Shown here: one piece after another, positions 51,084 through 64,000 of the stretch | Layout of the letters: each line of letters starts with the position of its first letter | Position numbering within the stretch: position 1 is the stretch's first letter | From: Negaprion brevirostris | Lineage: Eukaryota | Direction of reading: 5' to 3' | DNA: 64,000 nt | Assembly (NCBI GenBank): GCA_030324005.1 | Contig: JARDVH010000073.1 | Location: 56,226,870-56,290,869, forward strand | Notes under the pieces: generated by a model | What the model saw: only the letters and a program-made list of their open reading frames with translations | Told to the model about the DNA's origin: nothing | Database searches by the model: none | Position numbers and translations under genes: made by a program

Positions 51084-52783
51084 TGTGACATTACTGTATC
51101 TTTAAGAACTTTTTTTATCATTGCCACAGCTCTCGAGCTTTTGATTTCTTAGCTCACAGCCTCAGCTGATGTCATTTGTTACTGGCTTGTAGGAAATGTC
51201 CTTTCATTACTATCTCAATAGCTTAACTGGAGGTTGTTTGTTTATCATGGAATTGGTTTTATGGCCCTGCAATGTTACGAGGCAGGTAATGGATTCTGGT
51301 CAGGTTTATTTTCCCCCTCACGAATTCAAGATTTTTTCTGTTTTTGGCTGGCAAGTGTTTTTGTTTAGACGGAACTGGGAATCAGGCTGACGATAATGTT
51401 TAAAATGTTTGTAAGTTTGACCTCAAAGTGCCAAAACTGAAGACTTTGATAAGACAGTTGCAGATCTCCCAATAGAATGCTGTAGAAGATGAGGAGGTCT
51501 ATTGGCATACAGTGTGTTAAGGGCTGCATCATAGCACATGGTGGTCTGTAAAACAATCTGATAGTAGAGTCAAAGAACCAAGCGACAATTAAAGGAAGTG
51601 GGTAAACCTTGAAAAAAGCTGAAATCTTCAACTTAATTGTCCAAAAAAAAACAGGCAGCACTTGACAAATTTCAATGTTAGTGAGTATAGGTTTTGATAT
51701 ATCCAGTAGTAAGGGTCTGAAGTTGGTGCCATTACTCTGGTGACTGTAAGGCTGCAATTGGGGAGGTCAAAAAAGCTAATTGCTTAAATGTGATTCTCCA
51801 GTGGGAAGAAAGCAGTGAATAGCACTTAATAGTAATTTCTGGCAATTAATTTTAAAACTCTGAAGCTTAGAAACACTTACCAAAAAGGGTCATTGATCAC
51901 AGTGAGAATCTGTGAAAAGCTCGTCAGCGCAGAAAACCTTCATGACTATGACAGAAGTTTAAAAAAATCAGGGCAAACTTTCTAAAAGCTATGGATTCTA
52001 AATTCATTTTGCCAGAGATATTTGGGCATATGGATGGACCAAATCAGACAGAACTGGGCACAATAGAGGGATACATTTTTAAGATTCTGAATTGCTCCAG
52101 GATTGGACAGTAAATCTGAGGCTGGACAAATCTTCACATCAGAATCAACTCAGCAGTCAAGACTAAGGAACATGTCAAACGTAGGGATATACTCAGTAAA
52201 TTCAGTTTGGGAGAGGAAAACATGAATTGAAAAGCCCCTTCAGACTGGGGACATCCTCCCCTCAGAACTGGGAGCTCCAGCCCTGACACACCTCTCCCTC
52301 AAAGACCCCTGGTACTAACCTGAAGTGCGATGTCAAGACTTTGATGCATGCACGTGCTGCAGTACTACTTCTGGCTTCTACGGTTCTGTGCCTAAAGTTT
52401 CTGAAGAGCTGTTGGCCAACAACTCTCGAACACAGGACTTCTGTCCAAATTCAGATGGCAGTCCTGCCAGCTGCCATCAATGTTCAGTGTGTGAAATGGC
52501 TGCAGGTTTGTCACAGTTGGCAGGGATGCATTCCCCACCGACTCTCGGGGTAACTGGCGCTGAGTGCTTGCTGTCCTCGTGTGGGATTGGGGAAATGGTA
52601 CTTTGCATAGCTGAGAGACACAATGTTCATGACCTGAATTACAACTAGTTTTGCTTTTGTATATAGTCAAGTTCATCCAATAACCAGTTATAGTTCAGCA
52701 GTGCCTATATCTCATCCCTTGATCAATTACAGTCAGCATGCAACAGTGGTTACACCTGTGTACAATAGGTCAGGGTCTTGACC
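51084..52783 (+). mobile_element. Possible solo LTR or LTR-derived segment
   Basis: Begins TGTGACA directly after the CR1 fragment and ends ...cagggtcttgacca; non-coding, composition differs from the flanks. No second copy is available to confirm it. Confidence 0.35.
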
Positions 52784-53317
52784 ATTCTTCATCTGAGGCT
52801 CCCCTCTTATGACAAATCTGCAAATGAAAATTATTTTTCTATATAACATTTAGCTACAAAGTACAAAAAAAAGCATTGCTTGCCTTTATTACCAATCCAT
52901 ACTTGGTTATCAAATCTTCCTGTATTTTGTTGGATTTTAAAGATTGGTTGGAGAATATTGCACAAATAGGTTAGCTATATAATCACTTTTAGTGCAAAAG
53001 AATCCAAAATTCTTTGTAACTCGCTTAATTCTTCATGGTTAATAGTGGCTTTATTTTTTTGTCCACACACTGCTCAGTGTTCTTTAGTCCTTAACCTGAC
53101 GGGGAAATTTCTGGATCATTGCTCTGTGGATTTTGTTGTTAGAAGCTAGTGATCAAACTAAACATTTAACTATTCCTGGTATTTTATTATGTGTGTTAAC
53201 TGCAATTTTTAACTTCTTTGTAATTTATCTTGCTCTCACTGAAGTTACACCTCATGTAAAGGGAGAATGTGTTACATAATCTGAGAACATGTTAATAGCT
53301 GCGCACTTAGCCCATAC

Positions 53318-53970
53318 GAACATAAGAATTAGGAGCAGAAGTAAGCAAGTTGAGCCTTCGACCCTGCTCCACTATTCATCAGATCATGGCTGATATTTCC
53401 TTAGTCTCAAATCCATCTCTCCACCTGTTTCCCATATCCCTTCATCCTTTTTTATTAGGAATACAACTATCTCCTTGAAACCATTCAATGACTCAGACTC
53501 CACTGTGCCATGGAGCAGTGAGTTCCACAGATTCACCACTCTCTGTGAGAAGTAATTCCTCCTCATCTCAGTTTTAAATCTATCGCTTCTCAACTATACT
53601 TGTGAACTCTTGTTCTATAAGATGAAAATTTGGTCTACATTTATTTTATCAGTCCCTTTTTAAAATTTTATACACCTCAATCAGATCCTTCTAAACTCCA
53701 GCGAGTACAAGTCCAAACTGTTTAATCTCTCCTCAAATGTCAACCCCTTCATCCCCAGAATCAATCTGGTTAACATCTTCTGAACTGCCACCACATTCTT
53801 CCTCACTAAGGAAACTAAAACTGAACATAATACTCCAGATGTCGCTCACCAGCCAACGCCATTCAATTGCAACAACACTTATCTACTTTTGTACTCTAGT
53901 CCTTTTTCAGTAAATACCAAAATCCAATTTGACTTTTCTTATTACATGCTGTACCTGCATTCTGACTTTT
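53318..53970 (-). mobile_element. CR1 3' fragment
   Basis: RFKTEMRRNYFSQRVVNLWNSL and a gaacataagaa tail. Confidence 0.85.
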
Positions 53971-54304
53971 GAGTGGGAGGTGTCTATTTTCGAGTAGATG
54001 CTTAAAAAAAGGTATTACTTTGGCCTACAGAGCCCCTGAGTCATTCTTGGTTGAGAATCTTTGCAAGAATGTATGCAAAAGTCTGTTAACAGTTGGGGAT
54101 TGACACTGTGGTGCTTGATGTGAATGTGTTTCAATTATAGGTTAACTCTGCTAGATGTACTTGGTGTGACTGCAAACAATTTGAGCTCCAATAAACTAAA
54201 ATAACATTACTGCAATCTAATTGTTTTATTTTTGTGCCAATTTAAATTATTTCACACAAAAATAGAATACTTATCTTGGGGATCCAGTCACTGTAAATGT
54301 TATG

Positions 54305-55320
54305 AGCGTACAAAAATATGGAATAAGAGCAAAAGTAGGCCAATTGGCCCCTTGAGCCTGCTTTGCCATTCAATGAGATCATGATTGATCTGTTTGTGTT
54401 ACAAATTCCACATCCCATGTACCCCTGATACCCTTGACTAACAAGAACCCAAGGTTATCAACCTACCTCCATCTTAAATATTTACTGATCCTGCTTCCCT
54501 TACTTTGAGGCAAAGAGTTCCAGAGTTTCACAACCCTGAGGGGGGAAAAACTACCCATCTCCTTCCGAAAAGAATGATCCCTAATTTTAAAACTGTGTTC
54601 CCAAGTTCTTGACTAGCCCTCAAGAGAAAACATCCTTTCTACGACCAACTTGTCAAGACTTCGGAATCCTGTATACCTGAGATGGTGTGATGACAGCCAT
54701 GAGCACTGATGCCGCATAGTACCAGGGATCCAGGTTCAAATCCCAGCTTGGATCACTGAGTAGAGTTTGCACATTCTCCCTGTGTCTGTATGTGTTTTCT
54801 CAGGGTGTTCTGGTTTCCTCCCACAGCCCGAAAGACATGCTGGTTAAGTGCATTGAATGACAAAGCTGGGATAAATTCTCCGTCAGTGTACTGAACAGGT
54901 ATCGCAGGGTGATGTTGAGGGGATTTTCTCAGTAACTTCATTACAATATTAATGTAATCCTACTTGTGACAGTAGTAAATAAAATACCAATGCTCACTCT
55001 TCTAAACTCCAGTGGAAACAAGCGCAGTATGTCTAACCTATCCTCATATGACAACCCGCTCATTTCAGTTATCAATCTAGTAAACAACCTCTGACCCACC
55101 TCTGATACAATTACATAGGAGATCAAAACTACACACAGCATTCAAGATATGGTCTCAGTTGAAGCTTGACATCCTTTCTTGTGTTCAATTCCTCTCATAA
55201 TAAAGGATAGCATTCTATTAGCCTTTTAAATTACTTATTGTACCTGCATGCTAACTTTTTGTAACTCATGCACCAGAAATCTAGATCCTTCTGTATCTTG
55301 GAATTCTGCAGCTGTTCTCC
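54305..55320 (-). mobile_element. CR1 3' fragment split by a plus-strand SINE at ~54681-54983
   Basis: GLSYEDRLDILRLFPLEFRR on minus; the SINE has B-box ggttcaaatccc, a V-domain-like core and an aaataaa end. Confidence 0.8.
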
Positions 55321-56109
55321 CAATATTGTTTTACTGACAGCTGAGTCTCTCATCTGTGTGGTTAATTTCACCATGTTTGTTGACAGAAGTCAGGTGGTTT
55401 TAAGGATTTGAAGTTTACCATTTTTCAAACTTTGTAGTGCCTGAATGACAAGATGGACAGAGCCAGCAATACCCATATCCCTTGAAAGGGATAGGAAATA
55501 TGACTAACATTGGAATTAATTCCCAGCATTGTTCAGAGACCTTGAAGTTATCTGATGTTCCAACTCCCATATTTTTGCACATCAATACTTAGGATTCTGG
55601 ATGAACCTGTACAATCTTTATCTTTTTTAAATAAGATGTTCAACAGTTCAAGTAATCTGGCATACTTTAACATTGTATGATACTTAAATTGGTCTTCTAA
55701 TTAATAGTTTATCATTTCTCCCACCAGTGNNNNNNNNNNNNNNNNNNNNNNNNNNNNNNNNNNNNNNNNNNNNNNNNNNNNNNNNNNNNNNNNNNNNNNN
55801 NNNNNNNNNNNNNNNNNNNNNNNNNNNNNNNNNNNNNNNNNNNNNNNNNNNNNNNNNNNNNNNNNNNNNNNNNNNNNNNNNNNNNNNNNNNNNNNNNNNN
55901 NNNNNNNNNNNNNNNNNNNNNNNNNNNNNNNNNNNNNNNNNNNNNNNNNNNNNNNNNNNNNNNNNNNNNNNNNNNNNNNNNNNNNNNNNNNNNNNNNNNN
56001 NNNNNNNNNNNNNNNNNNNNNNNNNNNNNNNNNNNNNNNNNNNNNNNNNNNNNNNNNNNNNNNNNNNNATTAACTTTCTCTTGAGCAAATATGTGAAGGG
56101 TTTCTTCAG

Positions 56110-57800
56110 CTTTCTTAAATTAAGGGGTGTGAGTGCTGCTGGCTAGGCCAACATGTATCACCCATCCCTGATTGTCCTTGAGAAGGTGGTGGTGAGTTGC
56201 CTTGAAATGCTGCAGTTCCTAAAGTGTAGGTACATACCACAACCATCTTCAAGGTATGACACCAACCAATGGAGGGCTCCTGGTTCCCATTGACTCCAGT
56301 TTTGCCAAAGCTCCTTGATGCCAAATTCCACTAAACACTTTTTTTTTGTCAAGGGCAGTCACTCTCACCTCACTTCTGGCATTCACCTCGTTTGTCCATG
56401 TTCCAGNNNNNNNNNNAGGTTGTAAATGAGGTCAAGAGTTCAGTGACCCTGATGGAACCCAAACTGAACACCCATGAGCAGGTTATTGCTGAGTAAGTGC
56501 CACTTGACAGTACTGTTGATGCCTTCTGCCACTGTACAGATTATAGACTGATGGGGTGGTAATTGGTCAAGTTGGATTTGTCCTGTTTCTTATGTACAAG
56601 ACATGCCAGAGCAATTTTCCGCATTGCTGGTTAGATGCCAATGTTGTAGTTGCACTGGAATAGGGTTGCTGGGGGCACAGCAAGTTCTGGAGCACAAACT
56701 CATACGTACGATTGCGGATATATTGTCAGGGCCCATAGCCTTTGCAGTATCCAGTGCATTCAGCCATTTCTTTATCACTTGGAGTGAATAGAATTGGCTG
56801 AAGGCTGACATCAGTGTCACTGGACACCGCCAAAGGAGGCCGAGGTGGATCACCCTCTCGGCACTAATCACTGGCTGATTATTGCGAATACTTTAATGTT
56901 ATCTTGTAGGGCGGCATAGTGACTAGCACTGCTGCCTCACAGCTGTGTTCAATTCCAGCCCTGAGTGATTGTCTGTGTGGAGTTGCACTTTCTGTATCTG
57001 CATAGGTTTGCTCCAAAAGCTCTGTTTTCCTCTCAGTTCAAATATTGTGCAGGTTAGGTGGATTTGCCATGGTAAATGTATGGGTTCACAGATATAGGAC
57101 AGAGCAGAGGGCCTGGCTAAGATACTCTGTCAGAGATTCAGTGCAGACTTGATGGGCCAAATGGCCTCTTCTGCGCTGAAAGGGACCGTATGACTGATAT
57201 TTTGCACTGACGTGCTGGGCTTCTCCACTGAGGGTGGAGATATTTGTGGTGCCTCCTCATTCAATGAGTTGTTTTATTGTCCACCACCATTCAGGACTGA
57301 GTGTGGCAGGACTACAGAACTTAGATCTGATCTGTTGGTTGTGGAATTGCTTAGCTCTGTCTATAACTTGCAGCTTGGCAGCATGTAGTCCTATGTTGTA
57401 ACTTCACCACCTGGCTGATACCTCATTTCAGGTATGCCTTCCTGCGCTCTTCATTGAACTAGTGATGATCCCCAGGCTTGTTGGTAATATTAGAGTTGGG
57501 GACGTTACAGATTGTGTTCGAGGACAATTCTACTACTGCTGAAGGCCCACAGTGCCCTCTAGATGCCCAGTCTTGAATTGCTAGATCTGTTTAGTCTATC
57601 GATTTTTAGCACAGTGGTAGTGCCAACACAACACAGAGGCTGTCCTCAATGTGAAGATGGTCCTTTGTGTCCAAAAGGACGTTACAGTGGTCACTTCTAC
57701 TTATGCAAATGTGGCAGGCAGGTTGGTGAAGTTGAGGTCATGTTTTTCCCTCTAGTTGATCCCCTCGTTACCTGCCGTAGTCCCAGTCAAGCAGCTAAGT
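56110..57800 (-). mobile_element. CR1-type LINE fragments with a nested plus-strand SINE at 56909-57195
   Basis: IKKWLNALDTAKAMGPDNI.A.V (RT N-terminal motif); SINE head gggcggcatagtgactagcactgctgcctcacagc. Confidence 0.8.
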
Positions 57801-58314
57801 GAATGCATTTATAATTTGGATCCATTAAGAATTTCTTCAATCAATCCTTGTACACAGTGCTCCTAAGTTCCAGATGACTGCAGCAAATAAGTTCACGTAA
57901 TACCAATAGCAGATTCAATGTTTGCAAATACAGCTGATCTTTTGGCCTCATGCATCCTTGGTGGCTGAATCCTACAGCCACTTGTCAACCTACATATCAA
58001 TAAAACAACCGTTCTCAGCAATAGTTTACTATTTCAGCCCCTCTGGCCCATAACAGCTTTACTTTAGCTTCACTGAGCAATGTCTTGTTGCTATCATCCG
58101 CAGTCGCCTGCCAGAAAAAAGCAGTCCCTAAGTACATTTCGTAACACAACCACTAACATTGGAAAGAACGGTTGTATACATAATTTTTTTAATTGCCATG
58201 ACTTTTGACTGTTTTTGCTATTTATTTTCCTGCAAAGTGTTAACAATGTCAAATTAGTTATCAGACATAGTTTCAAGCCTCAAACTTGTTTTCTTATTTT
58301 GCATATTTCCTCAG

Positions 58315-58522
58315 CACTTCACAGAGATATTGGATGAGCTTTCTAAGGATATGCTGGGCCACCTCTTCAATGATCCTTTCCTTTCTGATAAATGTGAACT
58401 GATGGATGCAGAACTCTCACCCGCTCCACACATTCAGGCTGAACACAGCTACTCTCTGGCGGGTGATTCTCGACCACAGTCTCCACTTACACAGATCTCA
58501 GTTGAAGATGACTTTAATGAAG
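58315..58522 (+). CDS. CREB3L2: Internal coding exon (exon 2 equivalent) of a CREB3L2/CREB3L1-family ER-membrane bZIP transcription factor, N-terminal transactivation region
   Basis: Polypyrimidine tract and cag acceptor (ttttcttattttgcatatttcctcag|CAC); donor G|gtattt at 58523. Translates HFTEILDELSKDMLGHLFNDPFLSDKCELMDAELSPAPHIQAEHSYSLAGDSRPQSPLTQISVEDDFNE, with the family's DPFL and IQAEHSYSL..QSP motifs. Phase 0 start and phase 1 end, as I recall for vertebrate CREB3L2 exon 2. The family call is firm; L2 versus L1 is less certain. Confidence 0.88.
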
Positions 58523-59047
58523 GTATTTATGTGATGTATTTATTTAAGGATTTGATTTGCATTAAATGCATTTTTTAGAAAACATACGAGATCCTGATTT
58601 TAATTTTGTATTGGAAGGCTCCTGATATGGATCCTGTAAGTAACTTCTCAGCTCCAGATTAAAAAGAAAATATAACTGGGTTCCCCTTCAAGATACTATC
58701 CAGTCATCCTTTCTATAGGTTCACATGTCTGTTACTGTCTGAGGACCAAACTGGGCTCTGATAAAATGATATATATGCTTGAATAACCTATTGATTTCTT
58801 GCGTAAACTGAAACTCAAAGGATAGTGATTTTTCTGTTTTGGCTATCTAGAGTGGTTGGGACTAATTCTTGGTCTCGTTGATCAATGTGATATTTTACTG
58901 TAATAGATCTCTTCCAGTCTTGAAGAGAAAAATCACCAGAGACGCATCTTGTTTCACTGTTAACTCGCAGCCAGCCAACTAACAAACTGATTTTATTTTC
59001 TTCTTTGTTCCCTTCTTCTACCACAAGGTGGTGGAGTATTACACCTT

Positions 59048-59340
59048 ACATAAGAACATAGGAGCAGGAGAAGGCCATCTAGCCCTTCGAGCCTGCCCCG
59101 CCATTCAATAAGATCATGGCTGATCTGTCGTGGCTCAGTTCCACACTCNNNNNNNNNNNNNNNNNNNNNNNNNNNNNNNNNNNNNNNNNNNNNNNNNNNN
59201 NNNNNNNNNNNNNNNNNNNNNNNNNNNNNNNNNNNNNNNNNNNNNNNNTCTTCCTTTTTATATATTTATAAAAACTCTTGCTATCCTTTTTTATATTAAG
59301 CGCTAGCCCAGCTTCATGGTTTCTCCTACCCTTCTTTATC
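59048..59340 (-). mobile_element. CR1 fragments around a gap
   Basis: 3' tail cataagaacataggagcagg; LALNIKKDSKSFYKYIKRK. Confidence 0.75.
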
Positions 59341-60261
59341 AACTTACAAGTTTGATGTTGAGGTACTGTCCATCTAAGAATTTAACAGATTGTGGGACAG
59401 CATAAATTACCAACTCTTCTGTTAAATATAATGGTTTGCCAATGTCACATGCAGGAATAAGTATTTTTGCTGTGACACTCATCAGGAAGAATGGTGAGCT
59501 GCAGCGTGTCTCATTAACTTGGTGCACAACTATTGCAATTAGAATATCTGGACTTTATCCGAATTGCTTCCTTGTGACAAGCTCCCAATTACATAGTGGG
59601 CAATGGGAGCTTCTGCAATGAGCATGAAATTTTAAACCATTGATATGGCCATTTAAAGAGTTCCAATTTGACATAACCAGAAGGCAAAATAATTAAATCT
59701 GTATACTGTGTGGTGAAAACATGATGACTGGCACCTATTTATGCTGAAGATGTTTGGATGCTGAAATCATAACAGGACTGAAGGCTTGAAGCCTAGCATA
59801 CATTACTTGGACCACATGCCTCCTTGTCTGTCCCATTAAGGACCCAGTTCAATTTAAGGTGATTCCCCAATAATGTAAGTAGAACCCCAGATTCTTGAAG
59901 CTGATTTGGGAGTGAGGAATTTTCTATTGGCCTTTCCTAATAATTGGTAACCTTTTAATTTTATTCCAATGTTTCCTTTTGCCCTTTAGCTAAATCTATA
60001 AAAGGGATACAAGTTCTTCACAGCAGTGTACGGACAATCAGCAGCTGTACACTGTTATTTTTCTGATACCAGCCCTTATCACAGTCCCGTGCATTACATA
60101 GGAGACATATGTTCTCTGATGGACTAGCCTTGATTATTGTGCATCATCAGTTCATTTTGATACAAGTATATTATCTCAGCCATGTTATTTGTGACCAAAA
60201 GATCATTCCTTGAAGTGCATGTGCACTTTTATGGATGGTGTTTTTACTGAGCTGAAGCATG

Positions 60262-60710
60262 AAATGTGCCAATGCAAGATTATGGGGAGAGGCTGGAAAA
60301 ACTTGGTTTGTTCTCACTGGAACAACAAACTTTGAGGACTGACCTGATAGAAGTCTACAAGATTGAGGGGAATGGACAGAGTGGATAGTCAGAAGCTTTT
60401 TCCCAGTGTGGAAGAGACAATTACTTGGGGGCATAGGTTTAAGGTGTGAGGAGCAAGGTTTAAAGGAGATACACGAGGCAAGTTTTTTTAGAGAGGGTGG
60501 TGGGTGCCTGGAACTTGCTGCCAGGGGATGTAGTGGAAGCAGATATGATAGTGACTTTTAAGGGACATCTTGACAAATACGTGAAGAAAATGGAAATAGA
60601 GGGATATGGTCCCCGGAAGGATAAGGAGCTTAAGTTCAGTCGGGCAGCATAGTTGGTGCAAGCTTGGAGGGCTGAAGGGCCTGTGCCTGTACTGTAATTT
60701 TCTTTGTTCT
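60262..60710 (+). mobile_element. CR1 3' end
   Basis: LEKLGLFSLEQ..LR.DLIEVYK.-type motif; 3' UTR gggctgaagggcctgtgcctgtactgtaattttctttgttct. Confidence 0.85.
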
Positions 60711-61544
60711 ATTACCTTAGCAAATCACTGAACTAAATCTTTCTTAGAGAAGAGTAGTCCAGAATATTTTGCAAGGAGCTGACAACATGTTCCCCTCAAA
60801 TGCAAAGGACCATGTGATTCCAAATGTGGGAAAAAAAATGGTGGATTTGAGGAAAATGTGCCATGGTAAATGTCACAAGTATGCAGTAACACCACATATC
60901 TTTTAGCTGGCATCTGCCAAAGCTGTCATACCATCTTGCATCCTTTTAATTAAAATGAATGGCATTCAAGTAATTTGGCATACAAAACTTGTTACTGAAA
61001 CTATTGCCACACTGAAGCCTACCATAAAATTCTACATTTGCAGAAAGGAGCCATCCAGCCCATTGAGTCTGCACCAATTCTTCGAGAATGTCCCACCCAG
61101 GCCCTCCCCTGCACCCTATCCCCATAACCCTGTGCATTTAACCACTCAGTCACTTGGATCGTGCACAAAGAGGGGTAATCACCTGAAACTGACACCCCCC
61201 TCACCCCTTCCCCCATAAGATAGGTAAAAAATGGAGAAGATCATTGATTCAAAAGTAAAGTGAATAGGCACTTAAAGGAATTAAACTTGCAGGGCTATAG
61301 GCATAGATTGAGGGAATGGGATTGACTGGATTGCCCTACAAAGAACTGGCATGGACTCGAGCTGAATGGCCTTTTGTGCTGTAAATAATTTGACTGTGAC
61401 CAGAACTGCAGACCAATTGTCTGTACGCAGTTTAAAAATACCTCCGTGTTCCTATTCTCCTAGATATGAACCCCCAGTGCTTGTTCACCGTTAATGACAA
61501 TTGTCCAATGGTTCTGATTGTTTCTGCCGAAGGATCTTTTCAAA

Positions 61545-63628
61545 TGCAGACAATAAAAATATAGAAAAGCTTACTTCAGCTTCTAAATCAAGAAGTGTTT
61601 AATAAAGAAACTTCAGTACTCCAAACTTGAGGCCTTGCCCTGGGCCACTCCAAGCTCTCCACAATTCCCACATGTTCTTACCTATGGTGAGTAGCTGACC
61701 ATCACATCATTCTATAAATGGTTCCATGGTTTACTGGGTCAGCTGACCTTTAACTTGTTACCAATGGTCACATTACATCCTAATCAAAATTATCGCTGGT
61801 TATATTCTAACAGATACCCTTTATTTAAATTATTTTGAAAAAAAATTAAAGATATCAATCCTCCACTATTCTTAACTTAACGGTACCTGTACCCCTTTTT
61901 ATAAAAAAAACCGGATACTTGTAGATTTGCACCAATCCAGTTAAATTGGAAATGTCATTGTTTTTCAGCATTTGTTTAATGCTGGCCAAATCAATTCTTA
62001 GTTGTTTTTCTGTTACACTTTTTGCTGATTGAACATTGTCCACATAACACTCAGTTGGTACTTTTCATATCCGAAGTGCCCATAAAAATAGTTCTATTAA
62101 TGTGTCAGACAAATATATCCCCATATCCAACACCTCCACTAACGCTAAGGTTCCAGCCGCCAATGTACTTTCAACTGCCCTTTTTATTTTCTTTGCATCC
62201 TAGGCCAAGGGGGCAACATTTTCTTTCCTTACCAGGAATATTATGAATCCAACACCACTTGAATGTCCATCTGATAGATTGGCATCACTAAACAAACCAA
62301 CTTCATATCTTCCGGTTCTCCTAGTACTAGGAATTTAATCACACATTCCTCTAATTTTAGCTTTTTTTAATGTCTTTCAAGATCTGTCTGCGTGTGGTGC
62401 ACCTCAACGTATTACTAGGACATTATCTTTCCTATCTGGTCTTGTCTGTGTGCATAGCCAATTTAGCTGTCTTATCATCCCCCTCAACAGTTTTTTTTTG
62501 TTAGCCTATTCCTCTTTTTCCATTGACCAACCCAAGGTGATGGGAATAGGATCAATACTATTCAGATATCCCTCTTGACTCACTGTTACACCAGAGGTAC
62601 TTTGGATACCAAGACCAAGATATCAAAGTGTTAGCTGCTTGAATTGCTACTTTTGAATTCTGTTTTCAGCTTCTCAATTATCCTTTTTTTTCAAGTTCTT
62701 CTATGCCATCCCATAGGAAATCATCCATGTGCATCACAAAAATTCCAGCTAATTTTCCTTTAGCCTTCAGCAAAACGTTGCTGGATCTGCTTTTAACTGG
62801 ACACAGCCAGTCTTCAGCAATACAGATCGTGCAGAGAAATTCCAAACCCTTGATGCATCACTTAACTCAGGAACATATTTGTTCAATTTTCACAAATGCC
62901 CCTGTTATTACTACTTTGGGTGGCCTCAAAAAAAACTTTTCTCTGAAATGTTTCACCCTGCAGAAATGCTGCTTTGATATCTATTGACTTACACATTCAA
63001 TATTAGATGCTAGAACAGTGAGAAAAATTTTCAGTGTCACTTTCACTGCCGTGGATGAGTCAACCCTAATGTTTCTCCCATTCAAATGTTCCTCATACCC
63101 ATGGGCTACTCACCTGGCTTTAGCTTTATACGTTCCAGCTCGCAAAACTTTCTTTGTAAGCCCCCATGGAACAAAGCAGGCCGCCCTTCATCTGGTACCT
63201 CTGTACACCCCAAAATTTTTTCCAACTGTCCAGCTCTCTTTAGCCTCCCTCTCTTCCGCGAGCTGCATTTTGTTTGGAGCCATCCCTTATCATGGGGGCT
63301 TCTAGTCCCATTCCCAGCCTTCCTTGTTAAACTCCGGCCTCTACAGTTACGTTTGTTTTTGACAGGGCTGCTACTGTCAGACTGCTGTTTTCTGTTGACA
63401 AATCTGGTCACAGATTTGTGGCTTTTTCCTGGGTTCACAATGCTTACTGTCTCATCCTGTCCACTCCATTTTCCCAATCTATAGCTTTGGCTCATTGTAC
63501 TAGTGTTTGCACTTTCCTGACGCCTTTCCTGATTATAGTGGTATCCTTCCACCTGCTTGACCCTTTGTGTATGTATAGCGCTGTGCCTACTTTGGTATCT
63601 AAGGAAGGATGTGCTGGCCTTGGAAAGG
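61545..63628 (-). mobile_element. Decayed Ty1/Copia LTR retrotransposon (GalEa-like): RT-RNase H and a probable 3' LTR starting at 61812
   Basis: Minus strand: RVDSSTA, IDIKAAFLQGETFQRKVFLRPPK, GIFVMHMDDFLWDG, LFSDANLSDGHSSGVGFIIFL, KKIKRAVESTLAAGTLAL and VTEKQLRIDLASIKQML; then purine-rich aaataaaggg followed by TGTTAG. Confidence 0.85.
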
Positions 63629-63638
63629 NNNNNNNNNN

Positions 63639-64000
63639 TTATCGTTTGAGGACTGTGGGTATGTACAGGGTGGTGTTTAGAAAAACGAGGGGGGGATCTT
63701 ATTGAAACTTGCGGGATACAGTGAGGCCTGGACATGGAGAGGATGTTTCCACTGGTAGGAAAATCTAGAACCAGAGAGCGCAACCTCGGTTTGAAGAGAT
63801 GATTCCATAAAACAGATGAGGAATTTCTTCAGCCAGAGAGTGGTGAATCTGTGGAATTCTTTGCCGCAGAAGGCTGTGGAGGCGAGGTCATTGAGTGTCT
63901 TTAAGACAGAGATAGGTCCTTGATTAATGAGGGGATCAGGGGTTATGGGGAAAAGGTAGGAGAATGAGGGTGAGAAAAATATCAGCCAGGATTATGCCAG
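63639..64000 (+). mobile_element. CR1 3' fragment
   Basis: RGDLIET and gaggaatttcttcagccagagagtggtgaatctgtggaattc (RNFFSQRVVNLWNS). Confidence 0.85.

Noticed and set aside
63086-63783. 132-aa and 225-aa ORFs
   Set aside because: Off-frame or antisense readings of the decayed Copia element, with the 225-aa ORF joined to CR1 across a gap.

Overview
Repeat-rich, gapped eukaryotic genomic DNA. The repeat families (HE1/V-SINE-like SINEs, CR1, Rex1/Babar-like LINEs, two-gene Harbinger elements) point to a cartilaginous fish; this is an inference. The only host coding sequence I can support is one 208-bp internal exon (58315-58522, +) of a CREB3L1/CREB3L2-family bZIP gene, best matching CREB3L2 exon 2. 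Exon 1 is not visible. Most of the ORF track is spurious or decayed TE sequence. Main structures: (1) two copies of a ~200-bp self-complementary element carrying hammerhead-ribozyme-like cores (Penelope-type), each nested in another TE; (2) a cluster of PIF/Harbinger elements in the first 31.4 kb, including a decayed two-gene copy (Myb/SANT gene with a heptad coiled-coil tail plus a convergent HARBI1-type transposase) whose catalytic region is replaced by an LTR-less Gypsy fragment; (3) a decayed Ty1/Copia element with GalEa-like motifs; (4) a ~300-bp inverted duplication at 34.7-35.9 kb; (5) a compositional switch near 31.5-34 kb that may mark the start of transcription. All similarity calls were made by eye from remembered family motifs, no database search was run, and TE boundaries without TIR/TSD support are approximate.
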